Part shown: piece by piece, positions 22,501-34,020 of the stretch
Layout: each line of letters starts with the position of its first letter
How positions within the stretch are numbered: the first letter of the stretch is position 1
Assembly: GCA_028534125.1 (NCBI GenBank)
Contig: CM052851.1
Location: forward strand, 6,572,001 to 6,636,000
DNA length: 64,000 nt
Source: Lama glama
Lineage: Eukaryota
Direction: 5' to 3'
The notes under the pieces: generated by a model
Seen by the model: the letters and a program-made list of their open reading frames with translations, nothing else
Told to the model about the DNA's origin: nothing
Databases searched by the model: none
Translations under genes and position numbers: made by a program

Positions 22501-25500
22501 CACACGGCCCTGTAGACCACAGATGGTTTTGGTTTTTACTAGAGTGAGATGCAGTCAGAATGAGACAGTAGCCGCATAGGGCGGTAGCAGCAGAGCAGGT
22601 GAGTTGGTCAGACTCTGGAGAGATTCTGAGCGTGGGAAGAACCACAGGATGGGCTGCTGGACTGACTATGCATGAGAGAGAGAGCAGGACAGGCTGGCTT
22701 GAGAAACTGTGCAGGTCAGGTACCGCTTACCGGGAGTCAGCCTGCTCAGACCCACCCCCGAGCTTGTAAGGGCGCCTGTGCTGAGACTCGGGGGGATGTG
22801 CTTCAGAGTGGTGACCGGGGCTCCTCAGAGATCCAACAGGCCGGGGAGCCAGCGCCAGCGCTGGGTCAGGGGGAGGGAAGGCCAGGGCAAGGACCTGCGG
22901 TTGAGGGAGGCTTTGACCTGTTGGGGGGTGGGGCAGGGTGGGGCGGGGGGTGGCAGAAGACAGGCCTAGTGCACGTCAGGAGCACCGGCAGGGGGCGGGC
23001 TTTGGAGGGAGAAGCAAGGCCTCACCAGGGGTTTGTGGAGCACAAGGTGGGCAGGCAAATGCTTTACAAAGATCCCCCCGGGTGTGTGGAGAAGGGGCTG
23101 GGAGGGGTGAGCAAGGGGCCATCCAGGGGATGGGTGACAGCAGCTGAGACCAGGTGCAGCTGTGACGATGACAGAAGTGTGGAGGAATTGGACAGATGTT
23201 TTGAAGAAGCAAAACTGACGACCATGGTGATAGAGATTGGAGGGTGACGGGCCAAACCAAGGTTTGCACTTAGGGTGACAGGAGCACAGGTACCACTTAG
23301 GTGATGGGAAGGAAGTCTGTGAGAATGGAGACAGTTAGATTTGGAGGAGGTCATCAAGAGTTCATTGTGGCTGTGTGGAGTTTGAAATAAATGCCTGTGC
23401 GACAGCTGTGTGGAGGTGTCCAGGTGGCAGCCAGTGTGGGCTGAGATTGGGTTGGGGGCAGGAGGGTGGCTGCGAGAGAAGGGGCCTGGAGCCAGCCCTC
23501 CCTCCCTGTCACCACCCTGCCTACTCAGCTCGGGCCTCTGTCCACCCTACAGGTAAGCTTCCAGCATGAGGTGTACCCAGCGGAGCCAGGCCCTGTAGCC
23601 CCCGGCAAGGAGCTAGAGGAGCAGCCGCTGTCCCGCCAGGTGTTCATTGTACAGGAGCTTGAGGTCCGAGACCGGCTGGCCTCCTCCCAGATCAACAAAT
23701 TCCTGTATCTACACACGAGTGAGCGGATGCCACGGCGCACTCACTCCAACATGGTAAGGCCCCCACCATTGTCCACCCTGGGTCCACACACCCATGCTTG
23801 CACGCACACATGTGCATGTGCACACGCACACGCAGGTTGTTTGTGAGCCTGGAAGGATGGTGGGGGGCTCAGGTGGGCTTAGCTGAGGGAAGCGTGTGCA
23901 GGACCAACTGGGTGAACAGTGGGGGTTGGGGGCCAGAAGCCCAGCAGGTGCCCAGAGCTCACCCTCTGCCTTCAGCTCAAGATCAAAGCGCTGCATTTGG
24001 CCCCCATTACCAATCTGGGTGGGCCTGAGTGCTGTCTCCGCGTCTCGCTCTTGCCTCTGCGGCTCAACGTGGATCAGGTGAGCAGGCTGGGTATGGGCAG
24101 AGCCTGAAGTGAGCCTGCTGCCTCCAGACCCCTGAATCTGACCTGCTCCTTCCCCTGCAGGATGCCCTGCTCTTCCTCAAGGACTTCTTCACCAGCCTGG
24201 CAGCCAGCATCAACCCCATGGTCCTGGCGGAGACCTCCACTGAAGGTGAGTGGCTGGGCCAGGGAAGGGAGGATCTAGGCGTCCTACCTCACAGACATTC
24301 CTTGGCCTATCCCTGCTCTGTCCCCCACCTCTCCTCCAGCTCACCCTGAGACCCGAGTCCAGCCCAGCAGTCCCCAGCCTGAGGGTGTGGAGACCACCAG
24401 CTCCCAGGAGGCCACAGGCAGTAGACACGGCTCCTCCTCTGCTGAGCAGCAGCCCATCTACTTCAGGTACGGCCTCGGGCTGGGGGCCTGGGGCCAGGAT
24501 GTAGGGAGCCAGGCCAGTGACCAAAGGACCCCTTTCCTCGCTCCCACCCAGGGAGTTCCGCTTCACATCTGAGGTGCCTATTTGGCTGGATTACCACGGC
24601 AAGCACGTCACCATGGACCAGGTGGTAAGTGAGGCTGTCAGGTCCCCATTCTGCCCAGGTGTGGCCTGGTCTATGGAGGCCAGGGAGCCAGGCTTCTGTC
24701 CATGCGCATTGGCTGCTGAGTCAGCCTCTAGTGGCTCCTGTGGGCTGAGTGGGTCCCTGGGCCCCATCACGTAAACTCCAACCCCTCCTCCCTCCCCAGG
24801 GCACTTTCGCAGGGCTCCTCATAGGACTGGCCCAGCTCAACTGCTCCGAGCTGAAGCTAAAGCGGCTCTGTTGCCGGCACGGGTGAGCCTCCAGGCCTCT
24901 CTCCAGCCTCCCTCCAGGGCCCTTTCTCCGTTCCTGACTGTGGCCTTGGCTGAGACATCACCCCTCTGGGATCATCCCTCCACACAGGGTTGGGTGGGGA
25001 CATGGGGAGTGTTGGGGTGCCTTGGTTCTTTCTGGCCCTGTGACCCCTCAGTGTGCGGCTCTGGCCCACCCCACCCTCCTCTCCCCTTCCTAGGCTCCTG
25101 GGTGTGGACAAGGTGCTGGGCTATGCTCTCAATGAGTGGCTGCAGGACATCCGCAAGAACCAGCTGCCTGGCTTGCTGGGGGGCGTGGGCCCCATGCACT
25201 CTGTGGTCCAGCTCTGTGAGTATCTGACTTCGGGGGCTCTTGAAACTGTCATACTTTCGGGTAGCCTAGAAGCCACTGTTGGGAATAGGTGGGAGAGTTC
25301 CTACAGCAGGGTAGGTAGGGGCAGCCTTTGGCATCTCTGACAGCCCTGTCCCCACAGTCCAAGGGTTCAGGGACCTGCTGTGGATGCCCATTGAGCAGTA
25401 CAGGAAGGATGGGCGCCTCATGCGGGGGCTGCAGAGGGGAGCTGCCTCCTTCGGCTCGTCCACAGCTTCTGCCGCCTTGGAGCTCAGCAACCGGCTGGTG

Positions 25501-27003
25501 CAAGCTATCCAGGTGAGCGAGCCCCATGTCCAGGCCATGCCGGACAGGGATGGTCTGCTCCATGGTGCCCAGTTCCATCCCCAAAGCTCTACTGAGGGCA
25601 GGTAATCTGGATATGTGGTATTTTATGAGGAACAATCACAAAGAGAAGAGGCCAAGTGACTGGCCTGGGGCCCTAGTGGCTCCCATATGGGAGGGTGAGC
25701 GCCCCTCAGGCTTTAGAGCCCACTCAGTCTCTGCTTATGGCTGTGTCTTGAAGGGGAGGGAAGGGGTGGTGGCTCTGTTTACCGACAAAGAAACTGAAAC
25801 CCAGAGACTGGCCCTCGTTCCTTCAGGCCCCATGCTTTTCTAGGCCCGGATGGGAAGCCAGGAAGGTGTCCTGTGAGCAGCTGTAAACGAGTGCTCTGAG
25901 TTCTGGGGTCAAGAGGGCTGGACGGGCAGGTGTTTGTGGCCTGTCCTAGGAGATGGGGGGTGAGCTTGCAGATGCACAGGGGGCAGGGTCTCTAGAGAGG
26001 AGGTTGGAGGGATAAGCAGTCACCTGAGGGCCCCCCCAGGGCACTAAGCTGGGATGTGGCACAGTCAGGTGAGGGGGCTGGGTGGGAAGGACTGACGCTG
26101 GGTTAGCGGACAGAGGAGCCTGCAGACAGAAGGGTCACACTCAGTGAGGGCCCACTGATCGGTGGGGATGGGTGAGGGGAACCCAGGTCTCTGCCAGGGC
26201 TGCCCCTAGAGCTGGCGAGGAATAGGATGGGGAAGGCAATGCGCTCAGCTCAAGCTGCCATTTGTAGCACCCAACGGACAGGGCTGGGGTACCTGGATGT
26301 GGTGGTCAGCAGGGGAGGGGTGTGGGTCTAGACAACATTAGGAGAGTCCCCTCAGGAGGCATGCAGTCTGCCTGAAGCCCCCTGACCTGGGTGATGGGAG
26401 CCTTGGCAGGACCCCAGGAGCAGCACAGTAAAGCAAGGCTCTAGGGGACGCAGGAGGGAGCTGGGCTCCCTGGCCTGAGGATTCTGCCCCGGCCACCTCC
26501 CCTCATCTGGTGCCCCCCTGTGCTCTCCCAGGCCACAGCCGAGACGGTGTATGACATCCTGTCCCCGACAGTGCCCATCTCGCGCTCCCTGCAGGACAAG
26601 CAATCTGTGCGAAGGCTACGAAAGGGCCAGCAGCCAGCTGACCTCCGGGAGGGCGTGGCCAAGGCCTATGACACAGTTCGAGAGGTAAAGAGGCCCAGCC
26701 CTGTTCCCAGTTGTCCCACATCCACCTCCCCACACAGACCCCTGCACTGACATCTGACCTCCACAGGGCATCCTGGATACAGCTCAGACTATTTGTGAGG
26801 TGGCGTCTCGAGGCCACGAGCAGAAGGGGCTGACAGGCGCTGTAGGAGGTGTGATCCGCCAGCTACCCCCAACAGTGGTGAAGCCCCTCATCCTAGCCAC
26901 AGAGGCCACATCCAACCTGCTTGGGGGCATGCGCAACCAGATCCTCCCTGATGCCCACAAGGACCATGCTCTAAAGTGGCGTTTGGACGAGGCCCGGGAC
27001 TGA
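7504..27003 (+). CDS. ATG2A: Autophagy-related protein 2A (lipid-transfer protein), 41 coding exons, 5775 nt / 1924 aa
   Basis: Starts MSRWLWPWSNCVKERVCRYLLHHYLGHFFQEHLSLDQLSLDLYKG (chorein-N), ends LPDAHKDHALKWRLDEARD*. Exons reconstructed with GT-AG ends and consistent phase: 7504-7674, 9748-9910, 10023-10175, 10325-10427, 10875-11010, 11149-11247, 11552-11648, 11734-11898, 12002-12142, 12674-12911, 13000-13144, 13247-13339, 13738-13896, 14017-14260, 14607-14703, 14826-14985, 15668-15810, 15890-16029, 16115-16266, 16719-16869, 17012-17211, 17322-17402, 17639-17745, 17843-17935, 19180-19250, 19477-19553, 20120-20290, 20426-20552, 20635-20849, 21358-21566, 21828-21963, 23553-23753, 23976-24077, 24161-24245, 24340-24466, 24552-24624, 24800-24882, 25094-25215, 25358-25512, 26532-26684, 26767-27003. 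LIR motif FCIL at 20814-20825 and WIPI-binding Y/HF motif (HFS) at 21421-21429. Confidence 0.97.
10491..10538 (+). repeat. Degenerate hexamer tandem repeat (GGCCCT/GCCCCT)n in ATG2A intron 4
   Basis: ggccctggccctggccctgcccctggccctgcccccggccctgccccc seen directly. Confidence 0.85.
18435..18745. mobile_element. MER2/Tigger-type DNA transposon remnant in ATG2A intron 24
   Basis: caggaccc..gataccaaaatcc..catatcctcccata..ctttaaatcatctct..ttataatacctaatacaatgtaa..gatatggagggatgactgta, characteristic of MER2. Confidence 0.75.
22110..23430. mobile_element. Degraded L2 LINE fragments in ATG2A intron 31
   Basis: Purine-rich segments such as ggtttttcaggcagagggtgcagcatgaagg and gagtttgaaat..ggaggtgtccaggtggcag resembling L2 3' regions; boundaries approximate. 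Confidence 0.5.
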
Positions 27004-27428
27004 GCACCGGGTACCCGGGACCCAAGGGCGCTGCCTGCCTAACATACCCAGCCAGCCTAGTGGCACCTCAGCTCCCGTGCCTCCCAAGAGCTGTGGCCCA
27101 CAGCCGGATGGGCCAAGCCTTCAGGGGTTGGACCAGGAAGGACCCTGACTGGCCCACCCACTGCCAATCGCTGTGAGAGAGGAGCCTCCCTGCCTCGGGC
27201 CTCAGCCCTGTCTCTGCACTTTTCCTCTGGGGAGAAAGGACACTGCCTCCACCACCACCTGGGCCCACACTGCTGCCTTGTTCCAGGATGGAGGCTTTCG
27301 GACCCTCAGACCCTGACCCCACTCAGCCAAGAGTCTTTCTGTGTCTTGGTGGTGGTGGGACAGACACCGTGTGGTTCAGTGTATTTTTAAGCAACTTGAG
27401 TGTGTGGGTCAGTGTCTGCATGAAGTGG

Positions 27429-27434
27429 AATAAA
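27429..27434 (+). terminator. ATG2A polyadenylation signal
   Basis: AATAAA ~425 nt after the stop codon, preceded by tgtatttt. Confidence 0.8.
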
Positions 27435-28199
27435 CTGTGCCCACCACCAGCCCCCTCATCCTGTGTACTTCCACTGCCCCAGCCTCCACCTTGACCTTGA
27501 CTTGCCCTTATCCCCACCTCTGTGCACCCTCTTCCCCACCCCCCACGCCAGTTTCTTGTCTATCCCTGAAAGAGCCTAGGGTCCAACCCTACCTGGGGCC
27601 AGGTGTGAGGGGACAGGTGGGAGGCTGCTGGCAAAGGGTAAGGCTGTGGAGTGCCCCAGGGAGACTTGAACCCTGACCTTGTGACCTAAGGCCACGCCCT
27701 TGGCTCTGAGCCTCAGGTCCTTCCTGGTAATGCGTTCCTGGCTGACCCAGGGACCAGGAGGGACACTGTTCCTGGAGGCTGGGCCCACTGGAGGCTGCTC
27801 CTGCCATCCCTAGCAGAAGCTGTTGAGGTGACTAGAACATTTGCCCTGGGTTCCCAGTTCCAGAGCACTGGAAGTGGCGGGTGGGGGTGGCACTGGAGGC
27901 AGCACTGTGGCTGGAAGGGGTCCTGACAGTGACATTTGCACAGAAACTTACATGGGATCAGGAAAATGCTAACATCCAACGCCCCTTACCTTGTTTCTTG
28001 TGAACAAGGAAGAAGGGGCTGCTCTGATCATGCCCCTCCCTACCCTGCTCCCCAGTAGCACTGGACTGAGGTGGGAGGACCCGTGGGGAAACTGAGGCCC
28101 AGATTAAGAGCCCTCACTTTGCAGGGGTCATCTGCAGACCTATTGGGTCAGCAAATCCCCTACAGCTCTCTGGTGGCCCCTCAGTGAGGGAGATCTGGG

Positions 28200-28548
28200 C
28201 ACCAGGTGAGTAGGGTGAAAGTTTGGTCCTGTGGATCCCAGGGTCCTCACAGCCCACATTCATGGGGGGCAGTAAGCCGTACAGTGGGGGAGGGATGGGC
28301 TTTGATGGCTGGGGTCTGATGCCGCCGGGAGTGGGAGATGGGGGCCCAGCCTGATGCTTCCTGGAACCGCCCCACCCTGCCTGAGCACAGTCCAGGGTTT
28401 CATGCCCTTCGAACCGCACTTGTGATCGGTATTGACAGGCGGCAGGATAATCATTAACTGCTGCCAGGGGCTGGGCCAACGGCTCAAAAGGCACTGAGCC
28501 CAGGGTGTCCCAACTTCCTCATGCCCCGAGGACCAGCCAAGCACCCAG
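28200..28548 (+). promoter_or_regulatory. Promoter / first exon of the miR-194-2/192 host transcript
   Basis: HNF1 palindrome GATAATCATTAAC 28446-28458 (1 mismatch to GTTAATNATTAAC), TCF/LEF CTTTGAT 28300-28306, strong donor CAG|GTAAGA at 28548/28549. HNF1A control of this cluster is established in human and mouse. Confidence 0.65.
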
Positions 28549-30175
28549 GTAAGAGCCTTCCCTGGGGGGTCACTCCCCTGCAGCCCCTCTGCCCCGGGAT
28601 GCTCCTGAGTCCAGCCCTTCTGAGGAAGAAAGGAAGGGGCTTAGGTAACCACAGGGTGACCCAAATAAGTCCCTTCCAGCCCCTGGGCCTCAGTTTCCAC
28701 CTGTGGGATGAGGAGGTCAAGACTCCTGATTGGATGATAGCATCTCTGCTGCTGCCGCTGCCTCCGCCTCTGCCAAACTAGGTACTTGATCTTACTCAGG
28801 TGCCTTTGGAAGGGACTGCTGGGCTTCTGGGGTGGGGGTTGGGGTCACCAGCTGAGGTGTCTTCATTCACAGGCCCCTCCTCCCAGGCAGAGGACTCCTA
28901 CCCCATCTCACCTTGACTGCATCCCAAAAGGGAGGATATCACTTCAGGGAGGTTGCCAGGCAGGATGGATCCCAAGGCCCTGCTCTGTGATCTTGGGCAG
29001 GCTTCTTTGCCTCTCAGGGCCAGTTTCCACTGCTGGGATAGGGAAACATGGCCCAAGTCCATTCCAAAAGCTCAGAGTCCCAGCTCCTCTTCCTCTCCAG
29101 AAGCTTTGGGGTCTCCAGAATATCCCCTAAGCCTCAGCAGGACTGGCAGTGTGACTTATCACTGAAGTCTGTTGGGCCAGAGCCTGGAGGGGATGAGAAC
29201 ACACTTTGCAGGAGAAACATCTGTTCCCCCAGGGCCCCTAAGCCATCTCAGGGACCCCAGCCAGCAGCTCCTTCCTCTCCCCAGTGGGGGGACAGACCCG
29301 AAAGTTGAAGGGAGGGTGGCTTCCCACCAGTGCAGGCCAGTGTACAGGATAGCCTCACAAGTCCTTATTTGCATATAAGGAACCAGCAGTGGCTCAGTTA
29401 ACCCACTTGCTCAAGGTCACCCAGCTCCCAGGACTCTGGCTCTCAGGCCACCAAGGTGCTAAGTGCTCTTCCAGATGGGCAGCTGCTTATAGCCCTGCAA
29501 GAGCATTCTGCAGCAGATTTGTGTATCAGCATCTTTTCCAGTTCCCTGTTCTTCCCCTTTTCTTCCCCTCCTCACCCTCCTCTGTCCCTTTCCAGTTCTT
29601 GGCCTGCCCACTCTTCTCTTGGCCTCTCTGCCCCACTCTTCCACTTTCTCTGTCTCCCCTTCTCCCACCACCCTTTTCTCTTTCCATCTCATCTCCAGCT
29701 TTGTATGTGGGGAGTCTGGGCATTCAGAGGTCCCCTGAGACAGATGCCCAGCTGTCCCTCATTGTCCCTCTGCCCTGGGACTGCAGCAGGAAGGGTGGGC
29801 AAAGGACAGACAGCGGAGGCTGCAGCAGCCAAACCTGAACATGGGACCCAGCTCTGGTTGGGAAAGAAACGAGGAAACAAGAAACTTGGGGAGAGAGGGT
29901 GTGGGGTGATAGAGCGGGCAAAGGCTGCCCAGGAGCTGTAAATTGGAGCCACTCCTGGCTTTATGAGCAGATCTGGGGTTGAGACTGGACTTCGCCCAGA
30001 GAAGGAGTGCTGGCATCAGACTCCAGGTGTGGGCCCTGGATGATAAGGAGCCTCAATAAAAAGACAATGGACCTGGGGCCATGAGGACCCAGGGGCCCAG
30101 GTGGGTGGACGTGCTGTACTCCCCAGACTTCTGCCCAAGGGGAGATGCCAGGCGGGCAGGGCCCAGGCCTCCAGT

Positions 30176-30260
30176 GGGCTCCCACCCCCTGTAACAGCAA
30201 CTCCATGTGGAAGTGCCCACTAGTTCCAGTGGGGCTGCTGTTATCTGGGGTGGGGGCCAG
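30176..30260 (+). ncRNA. MIR194-2: pre-miR-194-2
   Basis: 5p TGTAACAGCAACTCCATGTGGA at 30190-30211; 3p CCAGTGGGGCTGCTGTTATCTG at 30226-30247; arms pair. Confidence 0.98.
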
Positions 30261-30367
30261 TGCCCACGGAGGAGGAGAGGCAGCTGACGCCCAGCAGGCC
30301 AGCCGGGACCTCCACGGCCATTCTCCCAGGCCCAGGATGACGAAGGGTGGTGGGCTGTCGGCAGGCT

Positions 30368-30477
30368 GCCAAGACCGAGTGCACAGGGCTCTGACCTATG
30401 AATTGACAGCCAGTGCTCTTGTCTCCCCTCTGGCTGCCAATTCCATAGGTCACAGGTATGTTCGCCTCAATGCCAGC
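30368..30477 (+). ncRNA. MIR192: pre-miR-192
   Basis: 5p CTGACCTATGAATTGACAGCC at 30391-30411; 3p CTGCCAATTCCATAGGTCACAG at 30434-30455; ~110 nt downstream of miR-194-2 as in the known cluster. Confidence 0.98.
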
Positions 30478-32479
30478 CTCCAGGACCTGCAGGGGGAGGG
30501 GCAGGGCTGGGGGTATCCAGTGGGCAATGAAGACTTGCTGCCACGGTGCATCACTCAAGGAGCAGCTCCCTCCTGTCTCATTCCCACCTTTCCATTTCCC
30601 TCTTGTGAGTATGAACTGCTATAGGTCCCCACCTATACCCACTCCCCTGTGGCATGCCTCTGTGCTTTGTCCATGCTGTTCCCTCTGCCTGGAACACCCT
30701 TCCCAGCATTTTTTTTTTTTTTTTGGCCAGGCTAACTCTTACTAACCAAGTTCTGTCCAAGTATTTGCTGCTTCCAGGAGGCCTTCTTAAAGCCTGCTTG
30801 ATCGTAAGTGCCCAGCCAGGCACGCCCAGCACCCTGGGCTTCCCCCAAATACTGCATTCTCCCAGTATTTCTGTTCTCCCCACCGGCTATGAGCTCAGCC
30901 CCCAGCCCAAGCTGAGCCCAAGTGTGTGTTCAATAAATGTTTGAACAGATCCTGAGCCTCCATCTTATACCCTGAGGAAGAACCACCAACACTGGGTGTG
31001 GCCAAGGGGAGCCAAGGCCACAGTTGGAGTCTGTGCTGGAGCCCCCCAGGACAGGGAAACTGAGCCTCCCCCTCCGCTTGCCCCTTTCTCCTCTTGCCTG
31101 TCTTATCTCCCTGAAGCACATTCCCAACCCCAGGCTGCCCAGGCCCAGCTGTGGTGGGAGCGGAGGAGGCAGCCAAGTGGACAGGACTGCAGCCCCCACC
31201 CCTGTACCACCTTCCCACAATAGCCTCACGCCTGCCAGTTTTTTATCAAATGGGGTTGTGGGAACATTTTCATTTGAATAAAATGGTTTCTGCTGCTAAA
31301 AAATTAGAATTTAAACACTGGAAACATAGACCTAGGAATAAAGTCCAAATTGCTTAATAACAGGAACTGGTTCTTGAGCCCTTTCTGCAGGCTGGGTGCT
31401 TGTATCCATCAATCACCTGGAATCATCTCGGCAACCTTGTGAGGTAACTGTCAGAAACCTATTTGGGAGATGAGGACACAGGCTCAGAAAGGATGAGCAT
31501 CTTGCTAAAGTCACAGAGCAAGTGGGACCTTCTCCCTCTGAGGACTCCATGTGGCTGACAGGCATTTGGCCGCCTGTTCTAGTCGCTATGACTGCCTCAC
31601 CCTTTCCCATGTGCAGCTTTGCTCTCACTGCCTTGTCAGCTCCAGATCCCTGGGCCCCCATCCCCACTGCTGATGCCCAGCTGAGATGTCCCTCCCACAA
31701 CTCTGAAGGATCTACTCCCCTTCCTCGGCCTCCTTATCTCCTTATCTTGTGCAGGGTTGAGAGCTCCCTGAGCTTATCTTAATCCTTGTGCTGGTCCCAG
31801 ACTTCTTGAGGGTAAAGTCCAGGACTCACTCAGCCTTCCTGGTTGGGCAGCTCCAACCTAGTAGGTATTCACCGTACACTGGCCAGATGGAGGGGACTTG
31901 AACTCTGACCCTCTTGGGGCTGTCAGGCCCCAGGCCTAGAGTGCTGGCTTGCTCTGGGTTTCCCGCTCCATCTGCCTCTACAGTCTCTGACAGCTCTCAG
32001 AGACCATGTCCCAGCTTGTACAAGGTAGACCCAACTCCCTCTGACTGGTTTCTTGATCACTGTTGATCTGGGGTCTTTTCCCGACAGGCCCTGGGCCTGT
32101 GCACATCTTTCCTAGCTTGGATCCTGCTCCCACCCGTCTCCAGACCTCCAGGACACCTGCCTGCTCATTACCAGAGCCCGCTTCCTGCTCTCCCCAGCTC
32201 GCTGGCTCCCACGATTCTCTGTGGCCTCTCCTAGAGCTTTCATTACACCATGTCACCGGCACTTGGCTATTCCCACTAGCCTGTGAATCCCTGGGGACAG
32301 TGGCCACTGACTTTTTGTTTCCACTAGCCTCAGAGAATGGCTCAGAGTACGTGCTTAATAAATGCTTAAGGACTGACCACGTGGTGTAAATGAAGCTGCT
32401 TGGGGGAGGGGGGCAGCAGATGCCTGGAGTGGTCAGCACAGTGCTCACAGGTTAGAGGTCCTCGGTAAATGCCAGCCAA

Positions 32480-33020
32480 CGTCTTCATCACCACGCCACA
32501 CATTTGTGAAACACTGTGATGCCGCCTGGCCGTCGTCGGGGTGTACATTCAAATTAACCGTTTCAACCTCAAAGAAAGGACGATGGGGGAAGGAGTGGTC
32601 GGAGTTGGGGAGATTTGATCGGAAAAGGCACCTTGAGAAAGGTGAGTTTGAGTTCAGCTTTTGCTGAGGTGACGCCCGGGAAGAGGTCGGGAGCACTGCG
32701 AGGGGAAGGAGTGTCAGGGACAATTGTGCAGAAAGGAGTAGGCACTGGTGGGCCGGAGAGCCCACTCTTCTGAAATCCTTACTCCCTGCGGCCACCAGCA
32801 GGGGGCGCCCCGGATCGCATCCCGCCAGAGCTGGGTGAGGTCGATCCTTTCCCCGCCACCTTCCCCCACCCCCGACTCCTCCCCAGCTCTGATCCCGCAG
32901 CCATCCCTCCCTCCCTGCCCCGCGCCCCGACCCCGCCCCGACCGCTCCAGACCTGCCGGGTACCCACAGCGCCCTACACGCAACTGCGGATCCCAGGTAC
33001 TCCGCGCGAGCGTAGGGTTC
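32480..33020 (+). promoter_or_regulatory. Small CpG-rich element with CTCF motif and splice donor
   Basis: Local CpG enrichment, CCAGCAGGGGGCGCC at 32795-32809, GC boxes near 32920-32940, donor AAG|GTGAGT at 32641/32642. Confidence 0.55.
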
Positions 33021-33039
33021 CTGGTGGGACCTTTACAGC

Positions 33040-34020
33040 TGTTACGTGTGTATAAAACATAAATGTATAGTGTATATTTGAATAACTATAAAATGAGTCT
33101 GGGTAACTACCACTCAAGTTAAGAAAAAGAAAATCTCTGCGCTGCAGAGCGCCCCAGTGTGTCCTCGCAGGTGACCCCTCCCCAAGGAAGCACAATGCTG
33201 ACCTTTACTGTAACCACTTCCTCCCCTTTCTCTGCGGTTTACCACCTAGGCACGCAGCCCAAAACAGAATATGCTCACTTGCCTGAGGTTGCTGTAGTTT
33301 ATTATAAAAGCGGAGTCCTGCAGTTGTGTCGGGCTGTCTCCAGGTGGTTTCTGGAGCTGTAGTTTGCTCACGTTCATTCACTGCCCTTGTAGGAACAGAA
33401 TCCAGTTGACTTGTCCATTTGACTGTAAATGGACTTAGGCCCTGCTAGGTCATGAGGTAGCAAATGTAATCAGGCCACACAGTGCCTGAAGCGGGGGTGT
33501 CCTATTACAGGCCTTTTTGTTTTCAACAATTAGGAAATCTTCAGAAAAGCTGCAAGAAAATTACAATGAATATCCACATACCTTTCACTCAGATTCATCA
33601 GTAGTTGACATTTTGCCACCTTTGCTTTCCCTCTCTTCCTCCCTCTCCCTCTCTCTTACACACGTACGCACATGCATTTTTTCTGAACGACTTGACAGTA
33701 AGTTACAAAGGTCATGCTCCTTCACTCTTAAGTATTTCAATATATATGTCCTAAGAAAAATGACATTTCTTACACAACTGCAGTACGATTACCAAACTTA
33801 AGCCTAGCAACATTGATGCAATGCTGTGATCTGATATGCCGTCCACTTTCTAGGGTCTCTGATTGTCCCAATGAATTGGGATCGTGCCTCACATTTGGTT
33901 GTCAGGGATCTTCAGTCTTTCATCTGGAACCATCCTCAGCCTTACTTTGGTTTTTAAGACCTTAAAATTTTTGAAGAGTACTGGCCAGTTGTTTTGTAGA
34001 ATGTCCTTCAGCATTTTTTT
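33040..34020 (-). mobile_element. Old L1 (L1MC/L1ME-type) fragments
   Basis: cagaaaagctgcaagaa..tcagattcatcagtagttgacattttgccacctttgcttt..tttgaagagtactggccagttgttttgtagaatgtcc typical of old L1M 3' regions. Confidence 0.6.

Larger units (their letters stand above)
28490..31350 (+). ncRNA. Putative pri-miRNA host lncRNA (MIR194-2HG-like); ends approximate
   Basis: Inferred from the HNF1 promoter, donor site, the two hairpins and downstream AATAAA at 30932, 31277 and 31337. Confidence 0.4.

Noticed and set aside
29041-29060. Possible p53 response element for the miR-192/194 cluster (AAACATGGCCCAAGTCC)
   Set aside because: Half-sites overlap and carry mismatches; no clean RRRCWWGYYY pair found by eye.
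29535-29700. Long polypyrimidine tract (triplex candidate)
   Set aside because: No clear mirror symmetry; probably ordinary low-complexity sequence.
30145-30624. 159-aa ORF spanning both miRNA hairpins (possible miPEP)
   Set aside because: No recognisable domain and no way to assess conservation here; the region is explained by the hairpins.
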